DNA from: Sinorhizobium meliloti
Lineage (GTDB): Bacteria > Pseudomonadota > Alphaproteobacteria > Rhizobiales > Rhizobiaceae
Length of the DNA stretch: 32,000 nt
Direction of reading: 5' to 3'
Assembly (NCBI RefSeq): GCF_017876815.1
Contig: NZ_JAGIOS010000001.1
Span: 3,330,001 to 3,362,000 of the forward strand
Made by a program: the position numbers and the translations under genes. Shown here one piece after another: positions 20,301 to 27,027 of this stretch. Every line of letters begins with the position of its first letter. Position 1 is the first letter of the stretch. The notes beneath the pieces are model-generated. The model had not been told where the DNA came from and did no database searches. It saw only the letters and a list, made by a program, of their open reading frames with translations.

Positions 20301-20904
20301 CAGCCACGACCTCGACATCCGCGGAGCGGGCAACCTGCTCGGCGAGGAGCAGTCCGGTCACATCAAGGAGGTCGGCTTCGAGCTCTACCAGCAGATGCTG
20401 GAGGAGGCGGTCGCCGAGCTCAAGGGCGAAGAGGAGATCCACGATACCGGCTGGTCGCCGCAGATATCGGTCGGAACGCCGGTGATGATCCCCGAAGAGT
20501 ATGTGCCGGACCTCAATCTGCGGCTCGGCCTTTATCGGCGCCTGGGTGAACTGACCGACCTCAAGGAGATCGACGGCTTCGGTGCGGAGCTGATCGACCG
20601 TTTCGGGCCGCTGCCGACGGAGGTGCAGCACCTCCTGAAAATCGTCTACGTCAAGTCGCTCTGCCGCACGGCGAATGTCGAAAAGCTCGATGCGGGGCCG
20701 AAGGGCGTCGTGGTCCAGTTCCGCAACAAGGAATTTCCCAATCCCGCCGCGCTCGTGGGCTACATCGCGAAACAGGGAACAGTCGCCAAGATCCGCCCGG
20801 ACCAGAGCATTTTCTTCCAGCGCGAGCTCGCAACTCCGGAAAAACGCCTTTCCGGCGCCGCGATGGTGATGACGCAGCTTGCAGCGCTCGCAAAGGCCGG
20901 TTGA
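17389..20904 (+). CDS. mfd: Transcription-repair coupling factor Mfd
   Basis: 1171 aa from ATG 17389, 2 nt after the sdhE stop. UvrB-homology N-terminus, RNAP-interacting region (GSYVVHAEHGIGRF), helicase motifs CGDVGFGKTEVA, IIDEEQHFGV, LSATPIPRT, QLYQLRGRVGRS, and a TRG motif region. The longer ORF from 17146 overlaps sdhE out of frame and is rejected. Confidence 0.96.
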   Translation: MTMIPGFDPRKILAATREITIGPVPTGAEALVLAELARAGAPVAYILSDGQKVADLEQVLGFVAPDIPVLTLPGWDCLPYDRVSPSADTSARRLAALSALIAHRRKPHPAIVLVTINAALQRISPQDVIESLAFTARPGNQIRMDDLAARLERNGFERVPTVREMGEFAVRGGILDVYVPGSGEPLRLDFFGDTLEAIRSFDPASQRTIGQVRSLDLNPMSEVSLTPETISHFRKQYLSLFGAATRDDALYQAVSEGRRYAGMEHWLPLFYDRLETVFDYLDGFRIVTDHLAREAAAERSKLVLDYYDARLASASPGKSQVTQGTPYKPVPPDMLYLTAKGFGEALNDLNAVRLSPFTEHEGEARQVVNIEARQGLRWAKPAGEADNDGTRTNVFDQAVKHIAEKRAKGAKVIVSGWTEGSLDRLLQVLAEHGLANIRPVKALSDIGSLKPGEAASAVLSLEAGFETGDLVVIGEQDILGDRLVRRSKRRKRGADFIAEVTGLDEGSYVVHAEHGIGRFVGLRTIEAAGAPHDCLELVYADDAKLFLPVENIELLSRYGSEGTDAVLDKLGGVAWQARKAKLKKRLLDMAGGLIRIAAERHTRHAPVLAAQDGVYDEFAARFPYDETEDQLNSIDAVRDDLGRGRPMDRLVCGDVGFGKTEVALRAAFIAAMNGVQVAVVVPTTLLARQHFKTFSDRFRGLPIRIQQASRLVGSKDLALTKKEVAEGKTDIVVGTHALLGSSIKFANLGLLIIDEEQHFGVKHKERLKELKTDVHVLTLSATPIPRTLQLALTGVRELSLITTPPVDRMAVRTFISPFDALVIRETLMREHYRGGQSFYVCPRVSDLPEIHDFLKSDVPELKVAVAHGQMPATELEDIMNAFYEGRYDVLLSTTIVESGLDVPTANTLIVHRADMFGLAQLYQLRGRVGRSKVRAFALFTLPVNKTLTGPAERRLKVLQSLDTLGAGFQLASHDLDIRGAGNLLGEEQSGHIKEVGFELYQQMLEEAVAELKGEEEIHDTGWSPQISVGTPVMIPEEYVPDLNLRLGLYRRLGELTDLKEIDGFGAELIDRFGPLPTEVQHLLKIVYVKSLCRTANVEKLDAGPKGVVVQFRNKEFPNPAALVGYIAKQGTVAKIRPDQSIFFQRELATPEKRLSGAAMVMTQLAALAKAG

Positions 20905-21043
20905 GATACATCTTGAGTTTCTGGCGGCAGCTGCGAGATCGCTGATGGCGTTGAAGCTCTGGCCGGTTTTGTCGGCGCGGAGGTCGGTGCGGACAAGGTT
21001 GCCGAGCGCGTCGGTCAGAGCGGGGAGGACTGCAATCTCTCCT

Positions 21044-21158
21044 TCTCATCTCTGTGCTTGTCCCAGAGATGAGAGCAGCGCCGCGTCCGTGGCGCGGGGA
21101 AGAGTTCTTCCAGCCCAATAACTTGGGCTGGCTGGATTCCTGTGACGAGCACAGGAAT
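21044..21158. repeat. Cluster of four consecutive short perfect hairpins (REP/RIME-like intergenic palindromic element or structured small RNA)
   Basis: HP1 21044-21074: TCTCATCTCTG/CAGAGATGAGA, 11 bp, 9-nt loop. HP2 21081-21097: CCGCGTC/GGCGCGG, 7 bp including one G-U. HP3 21110-21131: CCAGCCCAA/TTGGGCTGG, 9 bp, TAAC loop. HP4 21136-21158: ATTCCTGTG/CACAGGAAT, 9 bp, 5-nt loop. Confidence 0.55.
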
Positions 21159-21303
21159 GAGGAGATCAAACAAGCCGCGGCGGGTATCCCGAATTTCAAC
21201 AGAATCCGCCGCGTGCTGCTGCGTCAGATCGCGATCACCAACTTCATAAACCCGTGCTGACCGGCGACACCGTGCCGGACCATTCTCGAAGTCTCGTTCA
21301 CCC

Positions 21304-21522
21304 TTAGTCGGCGGCGGGCCAATTGTTGGACGGTTCTTCGATGACCTGCTCGCTGATGTCGTCGGCGGGATCAGGGTCTCGTTCGTAGGCGAGCCGAAGC
21401 TGTCCAATCTCGTCAAGAATGGCGGCGTAGACATCCCGTTGGCGCGCGCCGGCAACGACAGCGGCGTCGACCAGTTTTTCCAGTTCGAGGCGCAGCTCGG
21501 CGCGCCAATCATTCATCGTCAT
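21304..21522 (-). CDS. Hypothetical small acidic protein (72 aa), translationally coupled to xthA
   Basis: ATG at 21522 overlaps the xthA TGA (ATGA). The frame has good G/C third-position bias. MTMNDWRAELRLELEKLVDAAVVAGARQRDVYAAILDEIGQLRLAYERDPDPADDISEQVIEEPSNNWPAAD has 17 D/E against 7 K/R. No family recognised. Confidence 0.65.
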   Translation of the reverse strand: MTMNDWRAELRLELEKLVDAAVVAGARQRDVYAAILDEIGQLRLAYERDPDPADDISEQVIEEPSNNWPAAD

Positions 21523-22313
21523 TGATCTTCCTCCGCAGGTCCATCCGACAGTTCGATCCAGGCCGGTGCGTGATCGCTCGTGTGCTCCCATCCCCGGACA
21601 TGCCTGTCGACCCCCGCAGCCGAAAGCCTCAAGGTGACATGCGGGCTGAGCAGGAGGTGATCGATGCGAAGGCCGGCATCCCGCGCGAAGGCATTTCGGA
21701 AGTAGTCCCAAAAGGTGTAGACGCGTTCCCCGGGGTGAAGCTGCCGGAGGGCATCCGTCCAGCCCTGTTCAAGCAGGCGATGATAAGCGTCTCTGACCTC
21801 GATGCGGAACAGCGCGTCGTTCACCCAACGCTCCGGTTTGTAGACATCGAGTTCTGTCGGCATGACGTTGTAGTCGCCAGCGAGGATCACCGGCACGTCG
21901 AGTTCCAGCAGCTCTGCCGCGTAAGCCGTCAGCCTGTGGAACCATGCCAGCTTGTATTCGAACTTCGGGCCCGGATAGGGATTCCCGTTGGGCAGATAGA
22001 GACAGCCGATCACCATGCCCTCGACCGCTGCCTCGATATAGCGGCTATGGGTATCGTCCGGATCACCGGGAAGGCCCTTGCGCGTCAGCGTCGGCTCCCT
22101 GTCTCTGGCGAGGATCGCCACGCCGTTCCAACTCTTCTGGCCGTGCCAAATCGCCCCGTATCCGGCAGCCTCGATGGCTTTCACGGGGAATTTCGGGTCT
22201 GGTGCCTTGAGTTCCTGAAGGCAGACGACGTCGGGTGACGCCTCCTCCAGCCACCGCAGCAGGACACCCAGACGGCCATTCACCCCGTTGACGTTATAGG
22301 TGGCGATCTTCAC
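21519..22313 (-). CDS. xthA: Exodeoxyribonuclease III (AP endonuclease) XthA
   Basis: 264 aa. MKIATYNVNG, CLQELK, AG.YNV.P...D, RIDH.L.S, SDHAP. GTG start at 22313. Confidence 0.93.
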   Translation of the reverse strand: MKIATYNVNGVNGRLGVLLRWLEEASPDVVCLQELKAPDPKFPVKAIEAAGYGAIWHGQKSWNGVAILARDREPTLTRKGLPGDPDDTHSRYIEAAVEGMVIGCLYLPNGNPYPGPKFEYKLAWFHRLTAYAAELLELDVPVILAGDYNVMPTELDVYKPERWVNDALFRIEVRDAYHRLLEQGWTDALRQLHPGERVYTFWDYFRNAFARDAGLRIDHLLLSPHVTLRLSAAGVDRHVRGWEHTSDHAPAWIELSDGPAEEDQ

Positions 22314-22316
22314 GGC

Positions 22317-22493
22317 CTAGTTCTTGCGATCGCCCTTGTCGCCCTGGCCGGGCTTGGCATCGTGCTTCGCCTTCTGTTTCTTGTCCGACGACAGGGAACG
22401 GCCGACATCCACCGAATGTTTGAACTTCCCGCTTTCGTCGCGCCGCACGTAGCGCTTGTCGGTCCCGGTATCGATGAGTTCGCGCTTCGACAT
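22317..22493 (-). CDS. Hypothetical small Lys/Asp-rich protein (58 aa from ATG 22493; 62 aa if from ATG 22505)
   Basis: MSKRELIDTGTDKRYVRRDESGKFKHSVDVGRSLSSDKKQKAKHDAKPGQGDKGDRKN. GGAGG lies 5 nt upstream of ATG 22493, inside the longer ORF. Stop TAG is 3 nt before the xthA GTG. Confidence 0.6.
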   Translation of the reverse strand: MSKRELIDTGTDKRYVRRDESGKFKHSVDVGRSLSSDKKQKAKHDAKPGQGDKGDRKN

Positions 22494-22523
22494 CACTGCC
22501 TCCATTCGTCAGGTCGCCCGACA

Positions 22524-22549
22524 GAACGCACGGAAAGCCGAAAAGTTAC
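22524..22549 (-). promoter_or_regulatory. Candidate EcfG/RpoE2-type general-stress promoter (tGTAAC-N16-CGTT) upstream of the small Lys-rich ORF/xthA operon
   Basis: The minus strand reads TGTAAC ttttcggctttccgtg CGTT. The published alphaproteobacterial EcfG consensus is GGAAC-N16-17-CGTT, so there is one mismatch in the -35 element. The -10 element lies about 30 nt upstream of ATG 22493. Confidence 0.35.
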
Positions 22550-22607
22550 AAACCGCTGGCCGCGGCGCGCGAGATGAGCTTCCCACCAGGAGCGTGAACA
22601 GAGCCTT

Positions 22608-22772
22608 TCAAGGCAAGTTCGGCGGCGCGACGAAATGGTAATACGCCCATACCAGAAACAAACCCGCTATCAACGCGAGCCAGGTGAGTGCTTTCCGTTG
22701 CATCGGGCCGACCGACCTTGGCTCCTGCTTCGGTTTCGGTCGTTCAAACTTAATGATGTTGTCGTCGCTCAT
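22608..22772 (-). CDS. Candidate 54-aa single-pass membrane peptide (below the ORF-track length cutoff)
   Basis: Hand translation: MSDDNIIKFERPKPKQEPRSVGPMQRKALTWLALIAGLFLVWAYYHFVAPPNLP, then TGA at 22608-22610. One clear TM helix preceded by basic residues. About 70% G/C at third positions. No convincing SD. Confidence 0.4.
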   Translation of the reverse strand: MSDDNIIKFERPKPKQEPRSVGPMQRKALTWLALIAGLFLVWAYYHFVAPPNLP

Positions 22773-22978
22773 ATGATCCCATTGGTCTGGCGGTGGACCT
22801 CATAGCAGTCCACCTTCTTGTCGCAGCCGATCTGCAAAGCCTACCCTAATCAAGACTCCCCGCAAAGCGCTCGGGCCATCTCTATCGATAAGGGAGCGAA
22901 GGCGGCGCTGCCGGGCTAGAGGTTGCAGTGCACGGACCTTGCCAGGCTCTCCTCCCTGCACGCAATGTCGGCCGTGTT

Positions 22979-24244
22979 TCATCTCGTTGCGCCGGATGGC
23001 TCGGCGAGTGCCTCGACGTGGTGGACGTAATTCCGCCGCGTGTTCTGATCGACAATGGCAGCGGGAGCGGCAACGACCAGTCCCGCCGCTGTTCCGACGG
23101 TATGGGCGGCCCCGGCGGTCGCAGCGACGATATGGTCGCCGAGTCCCAGGCGACTGTCGGTCAAGGTCTGGCCGCTGGACAGGCGGCTGCCGATCAGTCG
23201 TACGATTTCCGGCGACTCCGCAAACTTGGTGTGATGCAGATTGTCGCCTGCCTTGATTTTGGTGAGGTCGACGACGGTGATCCCATTCGCCGCCAACTCC
23301 TCCTTGTAGGGCGACTGCTCCGGATCGATCGCTCCCAACCGGGAGACATTTCCCCAGACGCGGCGGGAAACGGCGAGTGCACGGTCGTCGCGCGAGACGA
23401 AGAGTGTAAAGCGCGGCCGTTGCTTGCCCATGTCGGCGATCTGCGATCCGAAGACGTCGACGTCGACGTCCGGCGCCGCCAACATGACATTCCTGAACTT
23501 CGCCGGCAGGCCGTCGTTGCGAATGGCCATCTGGCGCAGGGACTCGAGCGCCAACCAATTGCCCATCGAATGTGCCAGGATCGATACTTCCTTGACCTCG
23601 GGATCACGCGCCAGATACTGGAAAAGGCGTTCTACTGCGTTGCGGGTGTAGTTGGTGCTTTCGCGATCGTAGCCATAGGCCAGCAGGCTCCCGCGCGACG
23701 GCCACGTCGCGAGCACCGGAACGCTGCGCGCGCCCGAGTCGTGGATGATCTGCGCGAAGCGGAAGACCGCATCCTCGAAGTGGTTGTTGAACCCATGGAT
23801 GAATACGAGGACGCTGCCGTCCGGGCTCTTGCGCACATGCGTGTTCAACCATTTCTCCGCCGCACCGCGATCGACTTCCACCGCCTTCAGTGTTGCGAAA
23901 TCCGTCTCGGGATTGGGTGGAAGCTTGCTCGGCCAAGCGACTTCACCGGCCTTGCGAACGGTATCGGGCGGAATCGACACCGTCATTTCCGCAAATGTCG
24001 GGCTGAGCGCACGCTCGCCGCTGAACATCTCGCCCGGTTTTTCCGCCCGGCTTCGGGTGGTCGTGACCAGCATCTCGACTTGGGCGGCTGACGGATTGGC
24101 CGCTACCGGCTCGAGGACCCCTGTCGGGCGGCCCGCACATCCGTAGAGCAGCACAAAACTCCAGGCGGCGCACGCCAAAAGCGGCCGTATTGGTGGTACG
24201 CCGGCTTTGGCGTTCCGGGCGAGGTGCCGCTTCAATCCAATCAC
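22979..24244 (-). CDS. DUF900-type alpha/beta-hydrolase lipoprotein (start GTG 24244, or TTG 24235 with better SD spacing)
   Basis: 421 aa. Lipobox-like signal (AAWSFVLLYG-C). VLVFIHGFNN and the nucleophile elbow ILAHSMGNW (GxSxG-like) are typical of DUF900 esterases. Ala/Gly-rich C-terminal tail. Confidence 0.8.
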   Translation of the reverse strand: MIGLKRHLARNAKAGVPPIRPLLACAAWSFVLLYGCAGRPTGVLEPVAANPSAAQVEMLVTTTRSRAEKPGEMFSGERALSPTFAEMTVSIPPDTVRKAGEVAWPSKLPPNPETDFATLKAVEVDRGAAEKWLNTHVRKSPDGSVLVFIHGFNNHFEDAVFRFAQIIHDSGARSVPVLATWPSRGSLLAYGYDRESTNYTRNAVERLFQYLARDPEVKEVSILAHSMGNWLALESLRQMAIRNDGLPAKFRNVMLAAPDVDVDVFGSQIADMGKQRPRFTLFVSRDDRALAVSRRVWGNVSRLGAIDPEQSPYKEELAANGITVVDLTKIKAGDNLHHTKFAESPEIVRLIGSRLSSGQTLTDSRLGLGDHIVAATAGAAHTVGTAAGLVVAAPAAIVDQNTRRNYVHHVEALAEPSGATR

Positions 24245-24279
24245 TCCTGTTGAATGCCGTGTGTACGCCGGCGGAAAGT

Positions 24280-24308
24280 GGAGCGGCGAACTGGGAGTTC
24301 GCCGCTCC
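24280..24308 (-). terminator. Perfect 12-bp stem hairpin 26 nt after the arylsulfatase stop (terminator-like, no U-tract)
   Basis: GGAGCGGCGAAC-tggga-GTTCGCCGCTCC read directly. There is no T-run on either side, so it may be a Rho-independent-like stabiliser or pause hairpin. Confidence 0.4.
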
Positions 24309-24333
24309 TCCGAGCGACCAGCGAGACCGATGC

Positions 24334-26712
24334 TTACTTCAGATATTCGACTTTCAGGCTTTCGATCTTGCCGTTGAAAGCAAACGGCTTGCGGTCGAAA
24401 TACGCAAGGGCGACTGGAGAATAACTGTCTTTGCCCACGTCGAAGGCGTCGTTGGCGGTAAAGGCAAGTGGAGCGGAACGCGGCACGTGTCCTTTGGCCA
24501 CCTCTTTGCCATCGATGCGGATAACGACGTCTAGCGGTGCAGCGTGATCGCTGCTGACCTTACGTGTTTCGACCTCGATGTTGACCTTGCCGCTCGGCAA
24601 CGGATCGGAGGATTCGAGACGCGTCCGCTCTATCTCGAACAGGTTGTACTCGTAGGTGAGCTTGCCGTTCTCGACCCACAAAGCGACCCCGCCCGAAAAA
24701 GCCCCCAGAGCATACAACACGCCTTCGGAGTCCGGCCGCAATTCCGCCTCGATGGTCACAAGGTTGCTGCGGGCTCCGACTTTCGGTGCCGTGAACTCGG
24801 GAACACCGACCACGTCTTGGGTGAATTGGAACTCGGTCGCGGGATTGGACGGCGCATCTTCAGGATGGAAGACGGCAGACCACAATCCTCCCCCGACCGG
24901 GAACACCTTATTGGCTTCGGCCTGCACGCCAAACGCCCTCTTCAGCGCCTCGACCTTTTCCGGATGATCGGCCGCGACGTTCTTTGCCTGGGAGTAGTCC
25001 TGGCTGAGATCATGGAGTTCCCATAGGTCATTATCCGGCGACCATTTGAAGATGGCGGGATCGAGGCCGGCCTTCCATGGTATCCGGGGTCCGAAGACGG
25101 ATGCGATCCACTCGTCCTGATAGATGGCACGGCTGCCCATGATTTCGAAGTACTGCTCCTTCTTTTGGCCCGACGCCTCGGGAGAGTCGAAGGTGTAGGT
25201 CATGCTGACACCATCGAGGGGATCCTGGCTGATGCCGTCCACGAGCTTCGGCGGCTGGATGTCCAGGACGTCGTAGATCGTGGGTACGATGTCGTTGAGA
25301 TGATGGAACTGGGAGCGCGGGGTCTGGTCGGGTTTGATTTTACCTGGCCAGGAGACCACGAGCGGCGTTCGCGTGCCGCCGAAATGGGCCGCGACCAGTT
25401 TGGTCGACCGGTGCGGCGTGGAACCGGCCCATGCCCAACCCGCATGATACATGTTATCGGCCTTGGGTGATCCGAGTACGTCCATCCCGCCCAACTCGTT
25501 CATCGCACGAATGTGGTCCTTGATCTCGGTGCGGATGCCGTTCTGCGCCAGAAGTTCGCTGATGGTGCCATTCTGGCCCTCCGCGCTGGACCCGTTGTCG
25601 CCCCAGACATAGAAGATCAGGGTGTTGTCGCGAATTCCAAGTTCGTCGAGGGCCTCGAGCAGGCGCCCGGCCTGAACGTCCGCATGCTCCGTATAGCCGG
25701 CAAAGACTTCCATGAGCCGGCGCTGGAACGGCTTCTCGTCTTCCGGAATATCCTCCCATCCTGACAGCGTATCCGGACGGGGCGTCAGTTGCGTGTTCTG
25801 CGGTATCCATCCGAGTTGTTTTTGGCGGGCATAGATGCGTTCTCGCATGGCATCCCAGCCGTCATCGAATTTGCCTTTGTACTTGTCCGCCCAGTCCTTG
25901 AAGATGTGATGCGGACCATGCGCGGCGCCGGGCGCCCAGTACATGAAGAAGGGCCGGTCCGGCGTCAGCGCGTGCACCTGCTTCATCCATATGACCGCCT
26001 TGTTGGTCATATCCTCGGTGAAGTGGTAGCCTTCCTTCCCGTGAGACGGGTCGACGCGAACGGTGTTTTCGACCACTGCGGGCTCCCACTGCGAGGACTC
26101 TCCAGCAAGGAAACCATAGAAATAATCGAACCCGATACCTTCGCCCGCGGGCCAGTCCGTATATGGCCCGACGGCTGTCGTTTCATTGGCCGGGGTGTTG
26201 TGCCACTTGCCGAATGCTGCGGTCGCGTAGCCATAATAGCCAAGGACTTTCGCGACGGTGGCGGAGGTGCGTGGTATCCTGCCGGTGTATCCGTCCCAGT
26301 CGTTCGCCAACTCGGCGATCTGGCCGTTCCCGACCCGATGGTGATTGCGCCCGGTCAGCAATGCCGCCCGCGAGGGAGAACACATGGCGGCATTGTGGAA
26401 GCGATTGTAGGACAGTCCGTCTTGCGCAAGCCGGCTCAATGTCGGCGTTTCGATCACTCCGCCGAAGGTGTCCGGCAAGGCCGGACCAACGTCGTCGAGC
26501 ATGATGACGACGATGTTCGGAGCATTCGCGGGGAGATGCGGCTGCGCGGGCAATGGACTGTAAGTGGACTGAGCTATTGTCGGGCCGGCCTTGCTCCCTG
26601 AGGGCTTCGGCGGAAAAGGCAGCGATTCCTGAGCCGTTGCGGGCGCTCCCAAAAGCAGGATTGCCGTGCTTAGCGCCAACAAACGTATTCTCGCGAGCTT
26701 AGGTGACTTCAT
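24334..26712 (-). CDS. Arylsulfatase (Cys-type, formylglycine-dependent), large AtsA-like form with an extra C-terminal domain; Sec signal peptide
   Basis: 792 aa from ATG 26712, with AGGAGG 5 nt upstream. Signal MKSPKLARIRLLALSTAILLLGAPATAQE. Sulfatase signature MCSPSRAALLTGRNHH (C-x-P-x-R). LDDVG, GKWH, and WGDNG metal/active-site motifs. About 250 additional C-terminal residues. Confidence 0.92.
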   Translation of the reverse strand: MKSPKLARIRLLALSTAILLLGAPATAQESLPFPPKPSGSKAGPTIAQSTYSPLPAQPHLPANAPNIVVIMLDDVGPALPDTFGGVIETPTLSRLAQDGLSYNRFHNAAMCSPSRAALLTGRNHHRVGNGQIAELANDWDGYTGRIPRTSATVAKVLGYYGYATAAFGKWHNTPANETTAVGPYTDWPAGEGIGFDYFYGFLAGESSQWEPAVVENTVRVDPSHGKEGYHFTEDMTNKAVIWMKQVHALTPDRPFFMYWAPGAAHGPHHIFKDWADKYKGKFDDGWDAMRERIYARQKQLGWIPQNTQLTPRPDTLSGWEDIPEDEKPFQRRLMEVFAGYTEHADVQAGRLLEALDELGIRDNTLIFYVWGDNGSSAEGQNGTISELLAQNGIRTEIKDHIRAMNELGGMDVLGSPKADNMYHAGWAWAGSTPHRSTKLVAAHFGGTRTPLVVSWPGKIKPDQTPRSQFHHLNDIVPTIYDVLDIQPPKLVDGISQDPLDGVSMTYTFDSPEASGQKKEQYFEIMGSRAIYQDEWIASVFGPRIPWKAGLDPAIFKWSPDNDLWELHDLSQDYSQAKNVAADHPEKVEALKRAFGVQAEANKVFPVGGGLWSAVFHPEDAPSNPATEFQFTQDVVGVPEFTAPKVGARSNLVTIEAELRPDSEGVLYALGAFSGGVALWVENGKLTYEYNLFEIERTRLESSDPLPSGKVNIEVETRKVSSDHAAPLDVVIRIDGKEVAKGHVPRSAPLAFTANDAFDVGKDSYSPVALAYFDRKPFAFNGKIESLKVEYLK

Positions 26713-26861
26713 GCGACCCTCCTGGTGCCGACAACGCATCTGAACCCTGCGTGATATGTCGACGTGTCTATCGGGTCGGCATGCCGCACACCGGCGTGCC
26801 GACGGACCCAGCCGCCGGCGCAAACACCGGCCGCCGTGAGTTCACGACGCGTAATGTCCAT
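26709..26861 (-). CDS. Candidate 50-codon upstream ORF, ATGA-coupled to the arylsulfatase start
   Basis: GGAGGGAAGA precedes ATG 26861. MDITRRELTAAGVCAGGWVRRHAGVRHADPIDTSTYHAGFRCVVGTRRVA. Its TGA (26709-26711) overlaps the sulfatase ATG (26710-26712). G/C third-position bias is only about 68%, so coding status is uncertain. Confidence 0.3.
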   Translation of the reverse strand: MDITRRELTAAGVCAGGWVRRHAGVRHADPIDTSTYHAGFRCVVGTRRVA

Positions 26862-27027
26862 TCTTCCCTCCAGCAAAAGATTAAGTCCAACGCGATGTAC
26901 TGAATTGGCGAATGTAAACGGCCACGCTCCGCCCGTCGTATATTGCTGGCGAGCCTTCCCAAACGGTTGCATACTGCTATAGTGCTCAACTTATTTCTTG
27001 CCTTTTCATGCCAAGTTTGCTGCTCGG

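Noticed and set aside
21015-21512. 165-aa minus-strand ORF spanning the hairpin cluster
   Set aside because: It overlaps the better-supported 72-aa gene in another frame. Third-position composition is poor, and it reads straight through four palindromes. It is likely non-coding.
23453-23470. Triple tandem GACGTC (three AatII-type palindromes)
   Set aside because: It lies inside the DUF900 coding frame, where it simply encodes the (Asp-Val) repeat in PDVDVDVFG. There is no evidence of an independent function.
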